A stretch of 64,000 nt of DNA from Eledone cirrhosa (lineage: Eukaryota): NCBI GenBank assembly GCA_964016885.1, contig OZ024742.1, positions 275,776,001 through 275,840,000 on the forward strand, read 5' to 3'. Within the stretch, counting starts at the first letter, position 1. Each line of letters starts with the position of its first letter. Shown piece after piece: positions 10,820-23,400 of the stretch. The notes beneath the pieces are model-generated. The model made no database searches. It was not told the DNA's origin and was given only the letters and a program-made list of their open reading frames with translations. A program made the translations under genes and the position numbers.

Positions 10820-13046
10820 CATCATCATCATCATCATCACCGTTTTACGTCCGTTCTTCCACGCTAGCATGGGTTAGACGGGTTGTCCTGTTGTGGGCAG
10901 TGTCTGGTCGGCTGACCATGCCTTGCTCATACAGGAACTGATCTGGCTTGATTTCTACAGCTGGATGCCCTTCCTAACACCAACCTCATTTACAGTGAGT
11001 GCTGGGTGCTTTTTCGTGGCGCCTACACGTCCACTTTACAGTGTGGGCTGGGTGCTTTTTTGCCGTGGCACCTCCACGACCACCTTGCGGTGGGGGGGGG
11101 GGGGCGTATTGTTTATATGCTTCAGCATGTACCCATGGGAGGTCGGGTACCCTGTATTACTGCGTGACGCCAGAAGTCACGGTCGTGTGTCATTGACTTT
11201 GAGAGGTGTAGTTGGGTAAGGTCGGCTTTTATCACCTCATCCCAAGTCATCTTGGGTCTCCCCACTCCGCGGTTTCCATCAACTTCTAGTGCTCTGCACC
11301 TTTTTATGCAGCTGTCATCCTTCATACGCATCACATGTCCATACCAGCGTAACCGCCTCTCCTGCACGCAGCATTTGATTCCTCTTATGCTCAGTCTCTC
11401 TCTCAATTCCTTTATGCTTTGTCGTTCACGTATATTACTGTTACACATCCATCGGAGCATGCAGGCTTCGTTTCTCTCTAATCTACGTAAGTCTTCCACC
11501 TTCAGCGCCCAGGTCTCACTACCATGCAACATCGCTGTTCGGATACACGCATCATAGTCTGCCTTTCATTCTGAGGGAGAAGCCTTTTGCAGCTAGCAGT
11601 GGTAGTAGTTCCCTAAACTTCTTCCATCCCGTTCTTACCCTAGTTATTGTACTTTCTGAGCACCCACCTCCGTTGCTAATTCGGTCACCTAGGTAGCAGA
11701 AGCTGTCTACTGTTTCTACAGGGCCCTCCCAGAGATTGGTGGTACTTGTTTCCTGTGGCTGTTTGCTTGCTGTTTCAGCACAGCTGCTGCATGTGAATCC
11801 TACATTCTTAATTAAGCTTCCTGAGATCCCGCTACATCTCTTGTGTACCCATTGTTTGCATTTGGGGCAGAGAATGGAGTTCCTACCTACACCTTTCCTA
11901 CATACTGAGCAAGGCCATTTCCCTGAGGGGATCTGGGTTCTGTTTTCTCGTCTACTTATAAGGACCTTAGTCTTTGTCACGTTGACTTTGAGGCCCTTTC
12001 TCTCTAGTCCCTGCTTCCAGGTTTGGAATTTATTCTCTAGTTCTACCATAGATTCAGCTATGAGTGCGAGGTCATCAGCATACAGGAGTTCCCATGGGCA
12101 TCCGGTCTTAAACTCCTCCGTTATTGCCTGCAGGACTATGATGAACAGGAGAGGGCTAAGAACAGAGCCCTGGTGGACCCCAACCTGTACGCTAAATTCC
12201 TCGCTATACTCATTGCCAATCCTAACTTTGCTGACTGCTCCCCTATACATGGCTTGTACCGCTTTCACAAGCCATTCATCTACTCCTAGTTTTCTAAGAG
12301 CCCACCAGATTACTGCACGTGGAACTCTGTCAAAGGCTTTCTCAAGGTCGACAAATGCCAAGTAGAGTGGCTTACTTTTAGCTAGGTACTTTTCCTGTAA
12401 TTGCCTCACAAGGAAGAGGGCATCAGTGGTGCCTTTCCCTGGTACAAACCCAAATTGCATCTCGTCTATATTCACCCGGTCCCTAATCAGCTGTGCTATA
12501 ACTCTTTCTGTTACTTTCATGACCTGGTCCATCAACTTTATACCTCTATAGTTTCCTCTATCTAGTGCATCGCCTTTACCTTTGTAGCAGTTGACAATGA
12601 TGCTACTGCACCAATCTTTTGGTATGGCCCCCTCTAGTATTACCTGGTTAACGATACGTGTGACCTACAGACCCAGATGCCTTCAGCATCTCGGCAGCTA
12701 TACCCGATGGACCGGTTGCCTTCCCTATCTTCATATCTCTGATTGCCTTACTTACTACGCTGCCGCTGACTTGTACTGCTGGTCCCTCTATAGGGTCTAC
12801 GTGGGGTAGGGTCTCTTCTTCCCATGCATTCTCCTCATTTAGTAATCTATCATAATGTCTCTTCCATGCATCTTTCTTCTCAGCACTTGTGAGGGCAAGC
12901 TCACCTTTATCATTCCGGATACACTTCTCTCCAATGACATCACAACTATCTCTGACACATTGCCTCGCAATCTTGAATACCTCCTGTTTCTGGTCCTCAC
13001 GTTGTAAAACATGCTTGAATTTTCTATCCTCTGCTTCCCTCCTAGC
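10820..13046 (-). mobile_element. Young 5'-truncated RTE-clade LINE
   Basis: RT ORF 11552-12535 (AFVDLEKAFDRVP, GVHQGSVLSP, LYADD) continues in 11122-11532. 3'UTR and (ATG)n tail at 10820. Confidence 0.95.
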
Positions 13047-13970
13047 TAAGTATATTTGGGTACCCAGGGATATTCTACAGTAACACAGATTGCTTGCTTT
13101 GTTACCATTACTTGTCCCCTGATGTAGTAAATATATATATATATAATTTAGAGTTGAAGTTGAGTGTAATCAGGTACTACTGATAGTAAATATTTGTATA
13201 TATTTTCTTTGCAGAAAAGGAAGAAATTTCAACGAAAGATGTCGCATCTCAGGGTTGCCACACTTAATGTTGGTACCCTGACAAGAGGTGAGATGGAGAG
13301 GTGCCTCAGCAAGACTAATTACAGACAAACATCTTAGCTATAAGCTTTTCTGGGTAGGAAATGATGATGTGTTAGGTGGGATAGGCATTTTACTGGCCGA
13401 GAGGTGGATCAATAAGAGAATAGCCGTAGTTAGAGTCAGTAATAGAATAATTAAGATTAGATTAGTTGTAGGCAAGAGACTGCTGACAATTATCTCCCCA
13501 GGCAGGCCCCTAGGTAAAGAAGAGAAGGACTGCTTTTATGAGCAACTTCTAGAAACAACCACACTGACAGGACAGAGACCTAGTTATGCTAGCAGGGGAT
13601 TTCAATGGTCATGTTGAACAGCTCCAGGATGAATACACTGAGTTACATAGTGGTCATAGTTATGGTTCAAGAAATGAAGGAGTGAGGCTTCTTGAATTTT
13701 GTGATGCAAATGAACTAACCATTTACAACACTAACTTCAAGAAGCCTACCAACCACCTAATAACCTACCAATCAGGTGAGCACATAAGCCAGATTGACTT
13801 CTTGCTAGTTAGGCAACAAGACAGACAGATGGAGTCAAATACTAAAGCGTACCCTGGGGAAGAATGTACACCCCAGCATAGGTTAATCGTTAGTGACATC
13901 TCAATAAGCAAGAGACAAAATGAGACATACAGGAAGGTGTGGAAAAGGAAGGTCTGGAAGCTAAAAGACC

Positions 13971-15380
13971 TGTAGCAGTTGTCTCCCTTGTTGTGATTAA
14001 CAACATCTAGACGGGAAGTAGAACCCTTTCTGTAACTTCCGGTCAGAACCCTATAAAACTAACAACTTTAAGTTCTCACTCTCATTTGCCCTTCCGGTGC
14101 CTGGCCTTTGCCAGGCGTCTCGCGTTTGCCTGGCAATCAAAACGGTAACTACTAACTTTGCTTCATTCTATCATCTATTTCTTTGACATGTCAACTATAC
14201 TGTTAAATTGTTAATTAAATATTATACACACAAACCATGTCACCGTGTTACATTCATACAACCCAGTTCTCCGCTATATTGGTAACCCTGATGTGATACG
14301 AACACGCAGCCGTTCATTGTTATAAGTGGTCACCCCGAAAAAAGAAAAAAATAGCAGAATCTGGTGTTGTGTGAGTAACATTACGAATACACAGGAAATT
14401 TATTTACAAACTATGAAAATACTCAGTCAAAGAAACGAACACACCACGCACATGTGAAACTTTCGTGCAGACAGACTTTTTCTCTCACGCATCAACTAAC
14501 TGTCGCATTTAACGATATATATATATGTTTCTCGTTTCTTACAACGAACACTTTCAAAAAAAAAAAAAAAAAAAAAGAAAAAGAAATTTGATATTTTTTT
14601 TTTTAGAAACATTTCAACAGGAACATTTATTTTCGATGAACCATTGCCTTTTTTTTTTCATCGTTCAAGTTTTTTTTTAAAGTTCACACCAACAATTATG
14701 CTAAGTGAAGCCCTTCTTTTTCATCATTGTCACTTTTACACTTGCACTATCATTTTCTCGCGCGTTAGAAATATTATTTTCGACTCATAGAGATAGCCGC
14801 ACACCAGAGATAATGTTTCTCGCCAAGGATTCTTCAGCCTTAAGCTATATTCTCCTATTTGCCGGTTTAAAAATTTACCACGTAAATTTGCCGTTGAAAA
14901 CTGCGCATTTATTCAGAATGCTTATTTCTTTGGTCGCTGGCCTCTTGACCCTTCCAGGTCAACGCATTCTCAACATCGACCATCAACTTCGGCTGTTATT
15001 TCTAGCACTTTGCAAGTCATTTTTTTCTGAAAAAATTTTTTTTTTACTGTGAGACAACAACAACAACAGCAACACAGCTTCACCAACAACCAAAACCAGC
15101 AGAACAAGCCAGAGAATTTATTTTTGCAGCACTCTTCCTGTGAGAAAATCCATTCGGAGGTTTGAAATTTCACGATATACCACAGAACAGAAACCACCTG
15201 CATTCATTCTCTGGAACACACTTTCTTTCCTGCTGTCATGTGATTGCACACCTGTGAACTATATTTTGTACATTTGAACTTTGAGCTCTTCTCTTACGTT
15301 ATTACATTGTATCTTTGGGTGATGGATAGATAGATGTCCAGTCGTTCTCTGGCCAAGAGCGGTTGGCTACCTTGACATCT
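13971..15380 (+). mobile_element. LTR retrotransposon remnant: 5' LTR (13971-14278), extended tRNA-Trp PBS (14280-14311), second PBS-like motif (14327-14338), non-coding internal region
   Basis: TGTAGC(A/G)G...CCGCTATA terminal inverted repeat with TGG-starting PBS 1 nt after the LTR. Interrupts the RTE ORF. No 3' LTR seen; right boundary approximate. Confidence 0.7.
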
Positions 15381-15879
15381 ATCATTGATGTGACAACTTA
15401 CTGCAGGCTACTGAAGAAACTTGTGGCTGGAGCAGAGCTCCAACCAGACAGAGGTGACCTGGTGGTGGAACAGCATGGTAGATAGGGCCATTAAAGACAA
15501 AAGACTAGCATGGAAGGCTTGGAAAAATGGTGGGAGTAGAGACTGATACACAGCCGTTAAAAGAGAAGCTAGACATCAGGTGTACTTAGCATGCAGGGAA
15601 GCTGAGAGTAAGATGTTTGTCAATGTTCTGCGACGAGAAGATCAGAGACATGCGGTTTTCCACATTGCAAGGCAGTGTCAGTGTAAATTAAGATGTTGTT
15701 GGAGATAAGTGTGTCCGGAATGATGCGGGTGTACTTAGTGTCACTGATGCTCAGAAAAAGGAGGCCTGGAAATGTGATTTTGAGAGACTGATGAATATTG
15801 AGAATGAATGGGAGAGAGAGAAACTACCCCCAATAGACCAGACAGAGGGACCAGCTATTGAGATTGACGACTATAGGGT

Positions 15880-16137
15880 CATCATCATCATCATCATCAC
15901 CGTTTTACGTCCGTTCTTCCACGCTAGCATGGGTTAGACGGGTTGTCCTGTTGTGGGCAGTGTCTGGTCGGCTGACCATGCCTTGCTCATACAGGAACTG
16001 ATCTGGCTTGATTTCTACAGCTGGATGCCCTTCCTAACACCAACCTCATTTACAGTGAGTGCTGGGTGCTTTTTCGTGGCGCCTACACGTCCACTTTACA
16101 GTGTGGGCTGGGTGCTTTTTTGCCGTGGCACCTCCAC
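15880..16137 (-). mobile_element. RTE 3'-end fragment nested in older RTE
   Basis: Appears identical to 10820-11077, including the tail. Confidence 0.9.
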
Positions 16138-17684
16138 TAAGGAAATGAAAAGTGGTAAGGCTGCTGGACCGTCGAGGATAGTTGCTGAGATGCTGAAGGC
16201 ATCAGGAAAAGTAGGAACTAAACTGGTTGCACGCATTGTCAATCAAGCTATATATGTCAGAGTCATACCCAAAGACTGGTGCAGCAGTATTCTTGCAAAT
16301 TGCTACAACGATAAAGGGGATGCTCTGGAGAGGAGCAATTATAGGGGCATAAAACTGATGGAGAAGGTTATGAAAGTGGCAGAAAGAATACTAGCGCAAC
16401 TAATTAGAGCAAGGGTCAAATTAAATGAGATGCAGTTTGGTTTTGTGCTTGTGAAAAGTACAACAGACGCCCTCTTCTTAGTGAGACAACTACAAGAGAG
16501 GTTCTTAGAGGAGAATAAGCCACTATACTTAGCTTTTGTTGACCTAGAGAAGGCCTTTGATAGGGTACTCTGATTTGTCATCTGGTGGTCCCTAAGGAAA
16601 CTAGGTTTAGAGGAATGGTTTGTGAGGACAGTGCAAGCTATGTACAGGGGTGCTGTCAGTAAAGTGAGAGTAGGAATGGAGTTTAGTGAGGAATTCCAGA
16701 TACAAGAGTGCATCAGGGTTTTGGTCCTCAGTCCACTCTTATTCATTATAGTTCTCCAAGCCATAGCAGAGGAGTTTAAGACTAGCTGCCCATGGGAACT
16801 TCTCTATGCTGACAATCTGGTACTTATAGCAGAATCAGTAGAGGAGTTAGAGAATAAATTCTGGCTATGGAAACAGCAGTTGGAATCAAGAGGACTGAGA
16901 GTGAACCTAGCTAAGACTAAAGTGTTGATAAGTAGAAAAGAGGACAAAACTCTGATTCCATCAGGGAAATGGCCATGTTCAGTATGTAGGAAAGGAGTTG
17001 GCATAAATTCTATAGAATGTACACAATGCAGATCTTGGGTAAACAAGAGATGTAGTGGGATAGCAGGCAAACTAACAGGTAGAGAAAACTACATATGCAA
17101 TACATGTACAGGGAAATTTGACAGTAGAAGTTGCCAAAGAAGGGTTTCTCTCTACAAACGAAAGGCCGGTTATATGATGCCTGTGTGAGATGTGTGATGC
17201 TGCATAGTAGTGAGACATGGGCAACAACTGCAGAGGATATGCGACAGCTGGAGAGAAATGAAGCGAGTATGCTCCGTTGGATATGCAATGTCAATGTGCG
17301 TGAATAACCAAGCATAGATGAGTTGAGAGAGAAACTATGTATAAGAGGGATATGCTTTAGTGTGTGGGAGAGAAGACTGCATTGGTCTGGACATGTAATG
17401 CGCATCAAGAAATCCCAAAAGAAGGAAGACCACGAAAAACATGGGCGGGGGTGGTGAGAGCTGACCTCAGATTGCTGATGCTTTTGGAGATGACAAAGGA
17501 CCATGACAAATGGAGAGATGTTGTGCTGAATAGGACCCATCTCACTCTTGCGAGCAGGGATAAGCGGACGTAAAATAATGATGATGATGATGTTACTACA
17601 TGCTACAGAAAGCACAGAGTGCATTTTATCATGACATCTGCACTAGCTACATTGTCATGTCTTTCACATAAATATGTATATCTC

Positions 17685-18440
17685 TACCTAGCATTTGTTG
17701 ACCTGAAGAAAGCATTTGACAGGCTCCTCGCTCCATAAACTGGTGGGCTTTTAGGAAACTAAGGGTAGATGTATGACGTGTGAGTGAGGTACAAGTCATG
17801 TACAGTGGTGCAGACAGCAAAGTGAGAGTTAACAAGGTGTATAGTGAGGATTTACCATGAATTTGGGGATACATCAGGGGCCCACTATCCTCAGCCCTCT
17901 CAAGTTCATTATTGTCAAACAGGCCATGACACAGGAATTTAAGACTAGCTGCTCATGGGAACTCCCATATGTTGATGAAGTAATTATTGTAGCTGAATCT
18001 GCAGCAGAATTAGAGAAAAAATTCCTGACTTCCAAACAAACCTCAAACCCAAAAACCATAAAGTCAACTACAAAGTAGAAAAAACCCCAGAGCCCTGATT
18101 CCATCAGGGAAATGGTTGTGTTCAGTATGCAGAAAAGTATCAGGATGAAATTCTATTATATGTAACAAATGTAAACTATGGATACACAAGAGATATGGTG
18201 GGATCTCACGCAGGCTAGCATAGAATGCCGGGCTCACATGAAGAAAGCTCTATCAAATGCTCTATAAAAGTAATCGATCTCTTCTGTTACTTGGATGACC
18301 AAATTATCAGTAAAGGTGGGTGTTCTAAAGGTACAGTAGCCAGAGTGTGAACTGTGCTGAGCACAAAGCGTTTCTCACTCAGAGTGAAAGGCAGATGGTA
18401 TGAAGCCTGTGATGAACTGCTATGCTGAATGAAAGTTTAA
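17685..18440 (+). mobile_element. Old RTE LINE RT fragment
   Basis: LAFVDLKKAFDR, GIHQGPTILSP and EFKTSCSWELPYVDE. Confidence 0.8.
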
Positions 18441-18469
18441 ACTTGTGATTTGTGTACAAATACATGCGC

Positions 18470-19400
18470 GAGACATGACCTGCCCAGCAGAGCTGTCTCA
18501 GCATCAGCATGCTCTCAATGCTTGTGATATTGGGCCTCTTGAGAACTTCCTCATTTGTTACATAGTCCTGCCAAAGGATGCCTATGATGGAGCAAAGGCA
18601 TCACTGATTGAATCTTTCCAGTAGCTTGATCTGGTTACAGTATAGGACCAAGCTTTCAGCTCTGTAGAGGAGAGTAGTGATTACAACAGCTCTGTAGACT
18701 GATCTTTGTGGTGAGGCATAGAGTGGTTCTGCCACATGTGTTTCTGCAAGTCTCCGAATGAGCTGTTGGCCTTGGCAATGCTGTAACATCACTAGTGTAC
18801 TGAAGGGGTGCCCATTGATGTTAATTTGCAGAGTGGTACTCTTCATTTGCTGGCTTCTGGGACATGACTTCAGTTTTCTTGATGGCTGCTGGTCAGGCCA
18901 AAGGCTTAGGCGGCCCAAGCAAAGCAGCTGACAGCTACCTGGACATCTTCCTCTGTATGCACCAGAAGGGCACACATACTATCAACACCAGAATCCTTGT
19001 GTTTTCAGGTGGGTGACTGCAGTCTTTAACTCCTCTCGTGAGGATGATGCATCCAGCTCACTTTTGACTTGCTGCTGTGACATGTTGTGGATCGAAGTGT
19101 CTGTTACCGAGTAATTTCTTCCAAATAGGTTGCCATAGTGTTCAGTCCAATGGTTCTAGTTCGCCTTTTTATCTGTGAGCAGCGCTGACCCATCTGCTGA
19201 AAGGAGAGAGGCTTGTGTTTGGTGAATGGGGCCATAGATATCCCTAAGTGCCTCATTGAACGCTCTGGTTTTATATAGATTGAACAGGTCTTTATACATG
19301 CAGTCAGTACTGAAATGGAGCTTTTGGCCTCTCAGATTAGCAGTGGTCTTCTGTCTCACTTACTTGCATTCCCACAATATACCGGCTGGTCAGGTGGATC
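18470..19400 (-). mobile_element. Decayed RTE (BovB-like) LINE fragment, copy A
   Basis: VYRAVVITTLLYRAES..LLERFNQ and ADGSALLTDK. Paralog at 41506-42820. Confidence 0.7.
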
Positions 19401-20440
19401 AGTGATCCGCATTTTCTTACAAAATGTTCCTATGCATTTTATCCTGACCCCATTAGTGATTTTGTCATGTTTTGATAAAACTGAAAAGTCCTCACGATCC
19501 TTTGTTTGGAAGATATTCTACAGCTTGTGATTCTTATCACCAACCACTTTACAGTATACTTGGTGCCTTTATTGTTTAATCACCAACAATAGGGAGGTTG
19601 TTATATCATTGACACAGCTGAAGAGTCCTCATGACCCATTATCTGGCAAGTTGTCTACAGCTGGATGCTCTTTTTATCATGAAGCACTTTACAGTGTACT
19701 GGGTGGGTTTATCATGCCCTTGTAACAACTGGAAATCCACTCTACTCTTTTAGCATAACTTCTACCATGAAATGCTCTTCCTATCACAAACTGCTTTACA
19801 GAGTGTACTGGGTAAATTTCTTGTGGTATCAGTAGTAGGGATCTGTTGGTCATTGTCTCAACTGATCAGCCCTCCATATTCTACAGGAGGGAAGGTGAAA
19901 GAAGTATGTGTATATGACAAGGGTGGAGAAATGCTAATGTGGGTGGGTAACCTCTACCAGCATGAGATTTGGTGATAAGAGTTACTGAGAGAGGGGGAGG
20001 GTTTATGATGGGTGTATTATAGTGGTGTGAGGGGATATCAAACCTGAATCTGATTAGTGTATAATGAAATATTTTCTTTTATGTTTGTGTATATATTTCG
20101 AACATCTGATTTTATAAGAATACATTTCTCAACTATTTATTCATAATGTAAAATATTACCATCCTCTTAAGTCTGTTTTCCCATACTTGCATAGTTTGGA
20201 TGGAAGTTTTCCAGTTGTTGTGTTCCTTTGTCATCTACTCCGTCAGGTGCATCATTTTGAAATATGCTATCATCACTTCTGTCCAGGTTTCCCTCTACTG
20301 CAGCTTCCTTCCACTCAGATCTCTTCATCATCCAGTGATCACATAATGTATCCATACCATCACAATTCTCTCTTACACAGTGCATCTGATTTCTTTTATA
20401 CACACCCAATTAATCTATGCTTCTAGAAATATAATAGATA

Positions 20441-23400
20441 AATTTCTTTATTAGCCACAGGGGCACAAAAGAAGGGGACAAATACAAATGGGGAGTTTAC
20501 ATACAAGTATATGAAAATAAAACTATTAATAAAATAACAAATAACAATTGAAATTCCCAATACGGGGGAGGCGTTACACAGGGGTTGTACACACCCCGAA
20601 AAAATGTACAACCCTCATTTCCAGGAGCACCAAGAGTGAGTACTCCCCTCCTCTCTTTCTCTTTTTCCTCAACCTACAGGCTTATATAGAGAGAAGGCCC
20701 AACCATTTGAGCCATCTTTGCCACATTCACCCACCTTTTATAAAATTTGCTGGGGTACAGCACCTCTCTCTCCAACCTGATTCTTCTTCCAAAATGATAT
20801 TTGAAAAACCGAATCAGTTGTTCGCCAGAGAGAAAGGTGTCTGACCTCAGCCCTTTTAACCTCATCCACCATAGCCATAACACATAGGAAAACCGCCTCT
20901 CCTTCGTTTTTGAAGGAGGGTGGTGGTTTGATCATGATAATATACTCGGTGGTCAACTGGATTGGTCCCACCCGCGACAATAGTCGTTCTACATAGCTCC
21001 ACAGGTCGGTAACGCCCGGGCAGTGTACAAATGTGTGCGCGATGGTTTCCTCGTCGCGCACGCATCTCGGACAGATCTTTTTCGAAGGGTCCCTGCCCGG
21101 ACGCCCGTGTCTGTAGAGCTCCTCGGTAGCACTGCCAGGCCAGTGACTTTTGGAAGTTGTCCATCGGTCCCGGGCGGAAGGTTCTACCGAACAGACTGGC
21201 CAGTTCATCTTCCTCTACGCCTAGAGTTTCTCCGAGTGCGTCGTCGCACTTGCTGCGGACCAACCCTCTATAGAATGACGAAGTGGAGTCTCCACTGATC
21301 GCCGAGTCCGCCTGCCAGAGGGCTGTGAGCGCCTGAGCACATTTGATGTGCCAGTCGCCCATTTTCCTCGGTCTTTGCTTGACCCAGGACTGCAGCTCGG
21401 TCAGCGACACGAGTCGTGGGAATGCTCGCCTCACGAACAGACCCCACACCGGTTGTCCGGTGAGGAATACGTGGAGGTGCTGCAGCCTGAGCACGTGTTT
21501 CTGCATCGTCAGCCATGGCATCCCCAGCCCTCCGTTTGAAGGGTGTTGGCAGCAGATGGATCTTCTCACCAAAGGAATTAGAAGAGCACGCGCTCCATTT
21601 TGGTGAACGTTTTGGCTGGACAAGGCACAACGGTCAAGCGGTAATAGATGACGGACGCTATAAAAGTGTTCGCCACCTCTGCTCGACCTTTCAAGGATAG
21701 TTTGCATTCAACCCATTTCTGGGTGAGCGCAAACACCTTGGCCGTTGCAGTAGACCGCTTCCAGGAGACCGGAGAACAAGTCCGGCATTGCTATGTAAAA
21801 TTTGTAGGGTAGACCGTCGAGACCTGGAGATTTGCGTTTTCCGCATTGGCTCAGCGTGACACCTATCTCAGCGGCCGAAATCGGCCTTTCGCAGAACTTC
21901 GCCTCGCTGTTCGAGAGTCGCGGTAGGCTGTCGAGGTATGGACCGAAATCCATAGCCCCTCCCGGCACGCCGCCCTGCCCGAACAGTTGAGCAAAGTGCC
22001 ACTGAAAGGCCGCGCACACTTGCTTCGGCTCACATATCACGCGCCCATCTTGGTCCTTCAAAGACCGAATCATGGACTTGTTGCCACTTTTCACCTCCGT
22101 CACTCGGGCCCAGCTAACAGCTTTGGCTCCTTCGTTTCCCAGAGCACGTATTTTGCTTCTGACAATGCAGCCTTCATGCATCGAAGAACTGGTCCAAGGC
22201 CATTCTCGTCGCTAGCACGCTGGCTACGTTGCCACTCCTACTTTATCTACCAGTTCCTTTTCGGTCTTATTTCTATCTAACACTAATTCTTTACTAAAAC
22301 CTATCGAGTCTAATCTAACTGCCCTCTTGAGAGAGTACCACCATCTGTTGTTGACAATGGCCCCCGTCAAGTGCTGCTTAACTAAAGTGGTAATCCGTCA
22401 ACTGTAGGCTTTGCATGTCGGTAACGACAAGTTCAGCTTCCAGTAGCCGGGACCCTGTCTATGGGTTTTGTCAAGGTTGACTAAGCAGGTCACTAATTTG
22501 TGATCTGAATAGGCAACCATGAACATTTGTGGACAGCTTAAAATGTCCCTATCCTGCTTTCTAACTAGAACCCTATCTAGATGTTCCGCTACGATTAGTC
22601 CACATCAACACTGGCACAGTCGGAAAATCTAGTCGATATCTATTGGCCAGGTTAAATCGGCCGATTAACTGTTTGAGGCTGTTACATCCCCCTTTATCAG
22701 GACAAGCTCCCACATAGTCCCAACGTGCATCTAGAATTACATTCCAGTTTCCCACTAAAAGCAAGGAGCGGGACGTTCCCAGAAAAGTCTCTAGACGTTT
22801 GAAGAAGTCTGGCCGCAGGGTCCCGGATGGGGCATATGCGGCCACCAGCCTGAAGGCTCCACCTTCACCACCGTCAATGTCTAGGACCACCAGTCGACCC
22901 TCTGGGTCCAGGTGTACCGTCTGTGTTACGAGATCCAGGTGTTTCCGCAGCAAAACAGCAACCCCACCCCCACCTCCCGGCTGACAGAGAGATGCGTAGA
23001 TCTCAAAGTCGTCGAAGATGGGGGCCAGTTGTCGCTTGCTGTGAATCCTGGACTCGCAAATGGCTACTACATCCATACTGTGCGACCTGAGATCGTTTAA
23101 GAGTTTGCCCTGTTTCCAGGGCATCCCCAGGCCACGTACATTCACACATCCAACTCTTATATTGGCCATGTTGGTGCTGAAAAGTTAAAAGAGGAAAAGA
23201 AATCACTCACTTCTTTGTCTCCTGGGGACCAATTTCCATGGGGGTGTTGGAGGGTATGTTTGGTGGGGTGGTGGTTTCTGGCGGGGTGGGGACAGAGGTG
23301 TTTGGTTGGGAGGGGGTGTTTGGTTGGGAGGGGGTGTCTGGTGGGATGGGGGTGACTGGGGTAGGGGTGCCTGTGGTGGGGAGACTTTTGAAGAGGACGC

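Larger units (their letters stand above)
13215..17591 (+). mobile_element. Near-full-length decayed RTE LINE (APE + RT), interrupted by nested insertions
   Basis: APE motifs RVATLNVGTL, AGDFNGHV, SQIDFLLV and PQHRLIV. RT in 16138-17188. (ATG)n tail at 17575-17591. Confidence 0.9.

Noticed and set aside
15953-16573. 206-aa ORF with a novel N-terminus fused to RT
   Set aside because: Chance read-through from an antisense RTE 3'UTR insert into an older RTE. Not a gene.
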